DNA of 63,990 nt from positions 18,858,685-18,922,674 of the forward strand of contig JASCQW010000109.1 in the NCBI GenBank assembly GCA_030264375.1, in the 5' to 3' direction. Positions 49,701 through 61,021 of the stretch are shown here, piece after piece; position 1 is the first letter of the stretch, and every line of letters begins with the position of its first letter. A program made the translations under genes and the position numbers. The notes under the pieces are model-generated. The model did not search any database and was not told the DNA's origin. It saw only the letters and a list, made by a program, of their open reading frames with translations. Source of the stretch: Carcharhinus longimanus (lineage: Eukaryota).

Positions 49701-52700
49701 CCTCAATTTCTTTGCCCTAAACATGAATGGAAAATACATTATTTAAACCACATAACTGCCAGCACCTTAACTTTCAACAAAACTGGCGATGAGGTGTCTT
49801 CCAGCAAGATCGTCAACGAAGGTCAACTTTAAACAAAACTGGTGACAAGAAAACAGTCCTGAAATAATTCATCTGGACTTTTTGAGTCAAGAGTCGATTT
49901 TCAGGGGACTGTCATACCATCGATCCAAAGTGCAGTTAATTTAGCCATGAAAACAGATTTTGTTTAGCACTTGCTGCAGGTGAATATTAACTTTTAAGTT
50001 GATAAAAGCACTCTTGACCATTCCATCTTTTTAAAAAAAAAATTGACTCAACATCGAGATAGCTCAAGGAGAATCAGGTGCAGGAAAAGCAATAGTTGGT
50101 GAACATAGCGTTTATTAAATAGCTAGGTGGGCTCAAAACCCCCTAGAAAACGAACAGATTGTGTAAATAAGGGAACAAATCTAAAATCAATAATTTTACT
50201 TACTGAATTGGAGACTCCTTTCGGGCTCTCTGTCGCACGTGGCTGCGTTGGATACTGTGTCTCAGGGTGACCCTGCTTCTGGAAAGGCAACTGCTCCAAC
50301 AAACCACAAAAAAGAACAAAGATAAATCAGAATTTAAATCTTCTGGTTTAAAGGCAGATTGGCGCTTATTATAAAAATAATTAGGGAAAAAGAAAATCGG
50401 ATTTTTTTTCCAATCTTGAGTCACAGTCCAGCCAAGAAATAATATAAAGAAATACTGCAAGTTAAATTTCTAGGAGTAAAAAAAGCAGGGAAGAAAAGGT
50501 TAAAGTAGTACTACAATCTAAGGATCAGTACTGCAATGACAAGGCCATGGAAGTGTTTCAGAAAATGGGGAAAATGGACTGCTTAAGAAAAGAGATTTGA
50601 ATGCAGCAAATAGGAGGCTGGATGAACTTAACGTAGTCACTTTCCTTAGCACTGTAAGGTGGAAAACCTTTGCTTTGCTGCAGAGCCTGTTCATCCCAAG
50701 AAGCCTAAACCACTAAATTGCTGAGACCTTCAGATTCCATCGATGGAGCCAAGAGGACGAAAATATATCACAATTTGTAGCAACATTAAGAAGACTGGCA
50801 ATAATTTGAGAGTTTGGCTTGACCCTCAGCAGGCTTGACTGTGAGACAGGCTTTTTGTAGGCTTTGAAATGAAGCAATTCAAAGACAATTGCTCACTGAA
50901 ACTACTTTAACACAAAAACTTGCTATTGTGTTCATGGTATCCATGGAATTGGCCGGAAAAGGAGCTTCTCAAATTGGAGCTGGAACCAAAACATACGAGA
51001 TGGAGACTGACAGAAAGAAATGTCTTAAAATGCAAGCATGCCATAGGTATGCCCAGGTGGGGGACTTGCCACATGAATGTTGGAGCAGAGAAAATAAACA
51101 TAAAAGCTGTGGCAAGAAGGGCCACAAAATGAAGGCATGTTGCAAGCCTCCAAGATGTGCAAATACAAGAAAATGTCAAGATTTACAAAAGGGGTCGACA
51201 AAGTATCTAAGGACAATGAAAATTTTCAAGATAATACCAGACCAGAGAAGATCGAAGAACTGAAACTAGGTGTCCGATCCATGAAAGGGGATACGCAAAG
51301 GTCTGAGTTTTACCCAAAGTTAGATGGAAATGAGGTAAAAATGGAAGCAGATACAGGAGCAGCTATACCACTTCTTCCAGAAAGTATAAACAATCAGAAA
51401 CTTAAACATTTATCACTAAAATCTTTAAACATAATCTTGCAAATTTATACTGAGAAGGTAGTTCCATTGAAGGGATATATCATGGTTCAAGTAGACGTTA
51501 ATGGTCAATCAGCAGAATTACCTTTGCATACAGTAAAGGGAAATTCTCCTGCATTCTTTGAAAGAACATGCTTATATAAAATCAAGCTTTACTGGGGAAC
51601 ATTTAACCAATTGGTTGACAGCAAGAACACACTGCAAAAACTTCAGGAGAAGGTGGTTGAGAATTCCCTAGGATCCATGACTGCAATGGAGGCAAAGCGT
51701 AATATCAACTCTGATAGCAACCTTAGATGTTTAAAGACAAGAACTGTGCTTTAAGCAGNNNNNNNNNNNNNNNNNNNNNNNNNAGAAAAAATAGTCAAGA
51801 GTGCAAAAAATAGTCAATGTAACAATGAGCAATTGGGCAACCTCAATTGGCCCAATTAGCAAATCTGATGGGTCTGTACAAATTTGCGAGGACTTTAAGA
51901 TGACGATAAATCCAGTCACGTGTGTCAACCAGTACCCTATACTGTTCATCAAAGACCTATTCACTGGATTATCTGGTGGTCAGCAGTTCAGCAAGCTAGA
52001 CTTGTCCCAGGTCTATCTGCAAATGAGGGTGGCAACTGAGTCACTGCTGAACCACTGCTAATGATTGTTATCCACAAGAGATTGTTCCTGTATAAGCAGC
52101 TACCATTCAAAACAACACTTACAACGGCTATATTCCAGAAATCAATGGACCAAATCCTACATGGCCTCAGCAATGCCCAATGTTATTTGGATGACATTCT
52201 AATCACAAGCAAAAGTGAATAGAAACATTTACAAAACTTGGAAGAAACACTGGAGCATCTCGAGAAGTCAAACCTCCATACGAAGAATGAAACGTGAATT
52301 TTTCCAATAATTCCCATCAGTTATCTAGGTCATGTAATAGACAAGGATGGCCTAAGAAAATGACAGCAATCCTAGATGTGCCAAGACCACAGAACGCGTC
52401 ATAAGTTGAGATCATTTTTAGGATTAATCAACTATTACGATAAGTTCATCCCAAATTCTGCGACACTACTAAAGCCACATCATACCTGGTGGGCTAACCA
52501 ACAATGGAATTGGGTGAAAGAGCGTGAAAGTGTGTACAAAGGAGTTAAAGACGTGCTCAAGCAATTGAGATATTGATCCAGTGTAACTCAGGTGAAAATT
52601 CAAATAGCATGTGAGGCATCACCCTATGGGGTGGGTGTCGTATCTCCTCGCATTATGGAAACTGCGGAGGAGCAGTCAACAGCCTTTGCATCACAAACGA

Positions 52701-55700
52701 TCTCAAGCACAGGAACAAAATTATGCAGGAATTGACAAAAAAGAGCTCTGCATAGTTTTGGCATGAAAACAATTTCACCAGAATGTATACGGCAGACGAG
52801 TTATCTTGTTGACCAACCACGGCCACTGAATCATTTTTAGCCCATACCAGGGAATTCCATTATTAGCTGCAAGTCATCAAAAAACATGGACATTGATATT
52901 ATCAGTACATAATTATGAAATCAATATCGGAGATCAGAACAGCATACCAAAGCAGATCCTTATTGAGCTTGTCACTTCAAGACAAAACTGAAGACAAGAC
53001 AGCAATATCAACATATACTTTTCCGAGGTAGAGAATGCTCCAATAAAATTGTCTCAGGTACAAAGGCACACGAGGAATGACCCGGTAATGAGTCGGATCG
53101 TAGACATGGATTTAAGAGGAACACAACATAAGAAGAATCCTGAATTGAGACTTTATGTAATGAGGGAACTTGAATTAACTGTCCAAAATGGAGTATTGCT
53201 ATGAGGGATCAGGGCGATCACTCCTCCATGCTTACAAAGCTGAATCCTGGATCAACTGCACAAAGATCATCCAAGGGCAATGCGAATGAAAGAACTCACA
53301 AAACTGTTTTTGGTGAACTCACAAACAGAAGAAAAAGTAGGTAACACCAGTCATATGCCACAATACAGAATATTCCAACCTACAACCACTTCACCCATGG
53401 AATAGCCAAAACAATCTTGGCAGAGGCTACATATCGACTTTGCAGGATCCATTGAAGGCTACATGTTTCTTGTCCAAGTGGACGTGCAAAGTGGCCCAAA
53501 GTCAGCATAATGAAAGACAAAAGAAACCAGAGTAGTTGCTCACAAGATTTGGATGAGCCGAACAACTAGTCAGTGATAATGGGACTCAGTTAACATCTCA
53601 GGAATTTTTCGATTAACTTAAGAGCAATGGTATACAACACATTAGGACTACCCCATATCCATATCATTCATCTGCTAACAGATTGGAGGAGAAGCTAGTA
53701 CAGTCACTGAAACATGACATTAAAGCATCCAAAGATGAAGGTCTGTTACCCCAGGGAGTAAACGACTTTCTCAAGTCCTAATGAAACACGGTTCATATCA
53801 CCACACAAAATTCACCGGCAGTGTTGTTCATGAGAAGGAAACTAAATAAGATCTACTCACACCATCTGACACAACTACAATAGTAGAGCAACAACAACAA
53901 AAAACATAAACTTACTGCCATTAACAAACATCAAAACTGAGGCATTTTAAGCAAAGAGAAAGCGTTTTAGCGAGAAGCTACTCTGCAAGTGAGAAATGGG
54001 TACCTGCAACCATTCTAGCTAAAATGGGCCTGATGGACATGGATCAAATCCCCAAGGCTTATATCAGACACTAAATACCTGAACCAAGAATTACTATAGA
54101 CCTAAGTTCAGAGTCTACTCCAGCAGAACAACCAACATCTCTGGAAGCTGAAAACAAAAGAAAACTTCATAAGATGAAATACCTGATATTCTTAAAGAAA
54201 AGGCTATCAAGGATGTCAAAGATCAGACTCCAGAACGTTGTATCTTACCAAAACGAAATCACATTCACCAAAAAAACTTGCGATTTGATTGCGTATTAAT
54301 TGTACATATATAGATTATACTACTTGGTAATGTAACTGATGTGGATAATCAATAAAGTTAAAAAGCTTGTTGTTGTGCTACTGAAGCAAAAGGGGAGAGA
54401 TGTTATGTATTGTGAAGCAATGCATCTCTGTGTAATTCGTCACATGACATTCTCTCCCATCTTAGACTGTGATAAAGTAATACCTATCTCACTGAAGTAA
54501 TCCAAGGGGTGGCTATCTATTCTTTTCTTCTGTAGAAGAGGTCAAATGCCCAAAACGTAACACATACTATATTAAATAAAATACCTTTATGGTCAACTTC
54601 TTATATTTCTGAGAGAGTTCTACTCTGATGACATTGCCATCGACAAAGGTAGGTTTCATCTGGTAAAACTTCACCATGGCTTGAGCCGCTTCAGGATACG
54701 CCAATTCCACAAATCCCTATAATTAAGAATATAAAAAATGTTGAATGCTACTAGATCTTGACAATCACCTGTAATTTTTTTTGTATGATCAGCTCCAAAT
54801 ATGAACATTCAAACTTGATGGCAAGCAGGCGAAGTACAATGGGAGAAGGGACAGGGGGAAGAACAACACAATCACAGACTGAGGGATGGAACTAGCACAG
54901 AGAAATTTCAATTATGTGATGGCAGATAATCAGTTCTAATGTCGGAACAACTTAGTGAAACAACTGTAAAACAACAGAATACTCGTTCGGTAGCTCGGAA
55001 TTGTGTATTGCTGAAAAGGGAAACTTTTTTGTCAAAGTTTTTCATCTTGCACTCATCAGGATAATTTGGAAGAATACCAAATGTACAGGGAATGACAATT
55101 TATACTATATGAGAAGGAAGACAGACTGGTTGGCAGTTGTGCTCTGTTTGATAGTGGCATTGCACCAATTGATGGTGACTTACAGTTAACAGCCAAGCAT
55201 TGTTTGAATTCTAAACCACTGATGGACATGAATCAAATCCCCTCTCCAAAAAAATGAATGACTCTGATTAGTCAAGGCATTGCCCCGTGGAATGAACCAG
55301 CAAACGGCTGCCAGTTATTTTGATTAGCTGAAACAGGCACAATGTATGCATGTTCTTTCTGTCTGCAAAGAACAAGGTCCTGCATATTCACATATGTAGC
55401 TCCCAGTACATGCAAATAGCGCATACTGCAAGCCTGGCAGACAATCTTAAATTGGTTATCACCATAATTCTGAGCACACTGAGGATTATGTAGCAAATGT
55501 TATCCAATCGCAGAATCACATCTATTGCTGGAAACTGTGTGCTATCAATCTCACATAATTGCAAGCAATGTTGGTTGGGTATAGTCTGTATCCTGCAAAG
55601 AGTATCAGGCAAGTGGTTTGACAGTGCATCTTGCATGATGCTGAATTGCCTGTCTGATTTTCACATGCAACGCGAGTGTCTTACAGCCTAGAGACCAAGC

Positions 55701-58700
55701 AGGGCATACACAGCTGTAAACTTGACAAAAGAACGGGAATAATCATCCATAACAAGCATGACTATACCAAACTGCATGCCATTCTTAATTATGGTCTAAA
55801 TTTGCATCCACTGAACTTGCTGCTCAACATAGCCTTGCTCGAAAGTAAGCTAATAAAAACCACTTAGTGGGCTTGCATAACAGCCATAAGCTGCCACGTG
55901 ATATAGGTGATGTGGAGATGCCTGCATTGGACTGGGATAAACAAAGTAAGAAGTCTCACAACACCCGGTTAAAGTCCAACAGGTCTATTTGGTAGCAAAA
56001 TCCACTAGCTTTCGGAGCTCTGCCCCTTCATCAGGTGAGCAGGAGTTCTATTAACAAACAGGGCATATAAAGACACAAACTCAATTTACAAAATAATGAT
56101 TGGAATGCGAGTTTTTACAAGTAATCAAGTCATATAGGTACAGACAATGTGAGTGGAGAGACCGTTAAGCACAGGTTAAAGAGATGTGTATTGTCTCCAG
56201 ACAGGACACTAGTTAGATTTTGCAAGCCCAGGCAAGTTGTAATGGGGGTTACATGTAGCGTGACATGAACCAAAGATCCCAGTTGAGGCCGTCCACACGT
56301 GTGCAGAATTTGGCCATCAGTCTCTGCTCAGTGATTCTGCGCTGTCACGTGTCGTGAAGGCCGTCTTGGAGAACGCTTACCCGAAATCAGAGGCTGAATG
56401 CCCGTGATCGCTGAAGTATTCCCCAACAGGGGGAGAATAGTTTTGCCTGATGATTGGCGAGTGGTGTTCATTCATCTGTTGTCGTAGCATCTGCATGTTT
56501 CCCCAATGTACCATGCCTCAGGACATCCTTCTCTGCAGCATATCAGGTAGATAACGTTGGCCGAGTTGCAAGAATATGTACTGTGTACTTGGTGGATGGT
56601 GTTCTCACATGAGATGATGGCATCCGTGTCAATGATCCTGCACATCTTGGAGAGGTTGCTGTGGCAGGGTTGTGGGGTGTTGCGGTCACTTTTCTCCTGA
56701 AGGCTGGGTAGTGTGCTGCAGACAATGGTCTGTCTGAGGTTGTGCCGTTGTTTGAAGGCAAGAAGTGGGAGTGTAGGGATGGCCTTGGCGATATGTTCAT
56801 CTTCATCAATGATATGTTAAAGGCTCCGGAGAAGATGTCGTGGCTTCTCTGCTCCAGGGAAGTACTGGACGACCAAAAATAAAGGTACTCTGTCCACGGT
56901 GTTCTGTGTTTGTCTTCTGAGATCGGTGCAGTCTTTCGCTGTGGCGCGATGAGTCGAGTGCCATAACCTGTTCTTATGAGGGCATCTTTCAGCATCTGGG
57001 AGGTGTCCGTTGCGATCCTCCTCTTCTGGGCAGATCCTGCAGATAGAGGGCTTGTCCATAGGGAATGGCTTCTTTAACATGTTTAGGGTGGAAGCTGGAG
57101 AAATNNNNNNNNNNNNNNNNNNNNNNNNNNNNNNNNNNNNNNNNNNNNNNNNNNNNNNNNNNNNNNNNNNNNNNNNNNNNNNNNNNNNNNNNNNNNNNNN
57201 NNNNNNNNNNNNNNNNNNNNNNNNNNNNNNNNNNNNNNNNNNNNNNNNNNNNNNNNNNNNNNNNNNNNNNNNNNNNNNNNNNNNNNNNNNNNNNNNNNNN
57301 NNNNNNNNNNNNNNATTTTGTAAATTGAGTTTGTGTCTTTATATGCCCTGTTTGTGAATAGAACTCCCACTCACCTGACAAAGGGGCAGCGATCCGAAAA
57401 CTAGTGGATTTTGCTACCAAATAAACCTGTTGGACTTTAACCTGGTGTTGTGAGACTTCTTATTGTGTGATATAGATGACAGGGTGAGTGCTCATGAATC
57501 ACTGTGTAGACGTATGTATGGGCCACCCAAGATGCACAAGAGTCATGACCCTTTATCCGTATTTTATCGATTACTGATTTTGCACAACATGTGCTGGCCA
57601 AATGGTTGGGTGATTTGTTACAACCAGTTTTGAGCACGTTTTCCCACATACACAGTGAAGAATTCCTTCACATTTGCAAAGACCACACAGGACTTGCAAC
57701 GATAGCAACAATGCATCCCTATGCTTGTTTAACATTGCTAGCCTATTCAACAATCTTCTATTTAAGAATATTTGCACTATATCATGGTGATCCAGACCCG
57801 CCATCATTACGTGAATCAGTATTCATCGAACTTATGAACTTTGCAGCTCAAGCAATTCAGTTCAGTTTTAACAACACAATGTATGCCCATGCAGATCGTG
57901 TTGCCATGGAATCCTTTTAGGCCCATCTCTTGCAAACATCTTTATTAGATTTCACGAGGAACGTGCCTTTGATGGAATGACACCTAACTCCTATCCCTCG
58001 CATATTTATGATATGTGGATGACACATCTGCTACATTGATATCTGCAGTTGCCCGTAATAATTTCCTTAGATGGCTTAATAGTCTCCATTCTGCAAATTT
58101 TGCCTTGGAAATGGAGCTGTCGCATGAGCTCCATTTCTTTAATGTACTAATTGTGAAGTCTACCTGGGGGTTCTCTACCATGGTAGTTAACTGTCAGTGA
58201 CTTTCAACTAATGCATTCCCTCTGGCAACACCTCTACTAATCAGAGTCCACCTGCAAACCAATAGCACACTCTTCTCATGTGGTACAAATTATTGTTCCC
58301 ATTACATTTGGTACTCTTGCAAGTGCCCAGATGAGTACAAAACAAAAAACTTCAACAACTTTTCCAGCAAAATCAGAATATTGGAACAACCATCAGAACA
58401 GTACAGAAAAATTTAAAGGTTAACTGATGAAGCCATACTTTTGGGAACTACATTCCATACTTCAAAACGAAAATATATATATTGATGAGGGGGCAGGAAA
58501 ATGATGATAAAGAAAAATTAACAAAAGATCTCCCTGAAGTTTACAAAGTATTAAATGGTTTAGATAAGGGGAATGCATAACAATAAATGAAGATTAGGCT
58601 TGCCAATAGAAAAACAGCTAAGGTGGAGTCAAGAGGGTTTAAAGTGATATATCGGGTAAGCTAGAAATATATCACTATTCCTTCACTGTCACTGGATCAA

Positions 58701-61021
58701 AATCCTGGAACTCCCTCCCTAACAGTACAATACCTACACCACATGGACTGCAGCAGTTAAGATGCAACTCAAGAACTATTAGGGACTGGCAATAAATGCT
58801 GCCCTAGCCAGCAAAAACCCACATCCCTTAAATGTTCTAAACACACTGGAAGGCTGAGCTTCAATGAGCTGACCAGCCTTTTCTCAGCAACATTTTCTAT
58901 CATAATTATCAAACTTTCTTTAAGGGAATCTGTCCTTTTTGGCCATCATGACAACTTATAAATACATCCAGGAATCTGGAATGATTATGAAATTTCACAG
59001 GCTTCAACACAATGCAACAGAATATGTTTAGCCATGGCTGATTCTTACCTCACCCTTTGACTTTATCAGCAAGTAGTTTGTCACCTTCCCAAAAGGTTCA
59101 GCCAGCTTGATCAGGTCACGATTCATGCATTTACCTCGCTGCAACTCGCTAATGTGAACTACTCGGCCAGGTTCATCATTCAAGTTCTAAGGTACAAGAA
59201 AGGATGAGCAGCAAAAGACATTTATTAAGCTTGACTGCATTGTAACATTAAATTATATACTGTTCCAAATCCACCATACTGACTAGATCAGGTAATGGCC
59301 TCTGGTTGCAAGGGTGTGCTCAGTCAATGTAGAACTCCCAAGGTTCACTGTATGGTCACAGTGACAATTATTCCTCCCATCACTCAAATCCATACCTGCA
59401 ATGTGCTGCTCAGGTCACACTGTGCTTCCGAATGCAAAGTTTAAGCGACACAGTATTCTTCATGTGCAACATACTGGTCAGGCACACAGTGATTCCTGGG
59501 CATTGTTACAGTAAAAAGTGCATCCTGTCATATCACAGACATACAGGAAGTAGATTTTTAATTATAAAGAGCAAAAGAATAAAATGGTACCAATATTTTC
59601 TATTTTATGCTCTTCAATTTAATATTGAACAAAAATCATTACTCAGATATTGGAATTCTTCTGGTTTTGATCAATTTAATGTGGTAAGGGGTTGAGTACA
59701 GGGTTCACAGAATCCCTACAGTGCAGGAGACTATTCGGCCCATTGTGTAAGCACCAACAATAATCCAGCCAGGCTCTATCCCCTTAACCCCACATATTTA
59801 CCTTGCTAATACTCCTGCCACGAAGTGACAATTTAGCATGGCCAATCCACCTAACCTGTGCATCTTTAGAATGTGGAAAGAAACCGGAGCACTTGGAGAC
59901 AACCCACACAGACATCAGGAGAATGTGCAAACTCCACAAAGACAGTCACCAGAGGCTTAAATAAAACCTGGGTCATTGGTGCCATGAGACAACAGTGCTA
60001 ACCACTTTGCCACCATGCCGCCCATTCTTCTTTAATATTTTGCTGATATCCAAAGTTCATGGAAATGAAATTTGAAAATATATCCCCCTTGAAAAATAAA
60101 TTCTTGGCATATTTTCTTTCTTTCTCCAAAACCTTTTGAACAACATATATTAGTTATCAGTCCAAGGAAACTGGTATTATCTAATGGCTTCCTGGTGTTG
60201 TTCAGAGATGTTACTTAAAATAATAGAATCCTTAACCAAATATAACCTTGACCTCAAAAACATGCAAATTGGGAAAATCTCAGCTATAAATATATCAAAA
60301 AGCTGAACAACGGGTATAGCAGTATTGATTGTAGCTACCTAGTTACACAATTATACATTAACTTAGACAAAACAGATATTTATCCACAGAAGTCTAATCA
60401 TAATTTCCACATTTTTCACAAAGCATAAAGAATGATCACTGTAAAATTATGTTACTAAATTCAGTATTCTTTGATGCATGCAAAAGTTATTTTGAGTGGA
60501 CACTAACTGCCACCCCACCATTCCAGGATCCTTCATATTGCAGGCACAAGTTTATGGCGATAAGAGTATCAGAAAGCTGCATAGATCTCTATATTTATGT
60601 ATGTTCTATATTTATGATCAATCAGATACAGGAGAGTACTTGTGACTCACTGCTTGATCTTTCTTCATCTCATACACTGCTGAGCATTTCAGCCACAAAT
60701 ATATTTCAAGGTAGGGTGCTGATCACGTGGATAGCTACTGATATTCAGACCAGATCCAGCATGTTGATTATATCCAACACCACTGTAGTGGCCCCCACAC
60801 CCACCTCAGTACGCAGATTAACTAAAGGTACTGAAAATACAGCTATATCCCTCATCAAATCATTAACTAGCTTCTCTGAAACTAGATTCTATTCATGGCA
60901 ATTAGTAACTTTCATTTAAGAATCTTACAAGAGAATGAAACACTAACCATTCTAAGTGGCTTCTTTAGCCTCTGAACATTGTTCCCTTGCTGGTTATCCA
61001 TAGGACCTTTGCGACTTGATG
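34794..61021 (-). CDS. MATR3: Matrin-3-like RNA-binding protein (RRM1, RRM2, acidic region, C-terminal matrin C2H2 zinc finger); 5' exons off-window or not identified
   Basis: In-frame exons 61021-60948, 59186-59049 ([26 protein letters not shown]), 54716-54585, 50278-50204, 49716-49576 ([15 protein letters not shown]), 47604-47473 ([19 protein letters not shown]), 46979-46927, 45957-45546 (KRGRSHSP), 43036-42700 ([14 protein letters not shown]), 37596-37475 ([20 protein letters not shown]....HYQRLK) and 34859-34794 (stop). The motifs match recalled vertebrate MATR3; strict orthology versus a paralog is not established. Confidence 0.85.
35380..36390. mobile_element. Penelope-like non-autonomous element with ~230-bp inverted arms and a GIY-YIG remnant
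   Basis: 35409-35637 is the imperfect reverse complement of 36161-36387. The core translates [31 protein letters not shown]. Confidence 0.75.
38051..38607. mobile_element. Possible non-autonomous DNA transposon (MITE-like)
   Basis: Imperfect terminal inverted repeats gggtccaattttaccatc / gatgataaattagggccc enclose a CpG-richer interior; no clear TSD. Confidence 0.35.
39310..41170. mobile_element. Cluster of decayed LINE fragments (CR1 on -, second RT family on + at ~40020-40760)
   Basis: Similarity to LINE copies at 24.8-28.2 kb. Confidence 0.55.
41780..42070 (-). mobile_element. HE1-like SINE
   Basis: acatctttggactgtggga..gtgcaaactccacacagacagt..gaacccagg motif. Confidence 0.7.
47665..47922 (-). 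mobile_element. HE1-like SINE
   Basis: aatcgaacccgggtccctggc..gcagtgctaaccactgtgccacc. Confidence 0.75.
50600..54562 (+). mobile_element. Decayed Ty3/Gypsy LTR retrotransposon in a MATR3 intron (antisense)
   Basis: Order is gag Zn-knuckle remnants, protease (MEADTGA), RT ([37 protein letters not shown]), RNase H ([11 protein letters not shown]), integrase ([15 protein letters not shown]), then PPT aaaaggggagaga and a TGTTA...TAACA LTR at 54401-54562. Many stops and frameshifts. Confidence 0.85.
55005..58370 (+). mobile_element. Old Penelope-like element (RT remnant with YVDD at ~58013; inverted termini), split by a younger insertion
   Basis: 55008-55120 and 58270-58368 are imperfect inverted copies; RT-like text [29 protein letters not shown]. 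Confidence 0.6.
55911..57466 (-). mobile_element. Younger Penelope-like element with inverted terminal repeats
   Basis: [41 protein letters not shown]; 55948-56095 is inverted at 57315-57461; flanking gtgatata(g/a)tga-type duplication. Confidence 0.8.
59708..60022 (-). mobile_element. HE1-like SINE
   Basis: Same family signature as the other SINE copies. Confidence 0.7.

Noticed and set aside
49781-49850. Gypsy PBS-like words (aactggcgatgag, aactggtgacaag)
   Set aside because: No LTR copy precedes them and a host exon lies between them and gag; probably coincidence.
60449-60919. 156-aa plus-strand ORF
   Set aside because: Antisense within a MATR3 intron, with no domain features.
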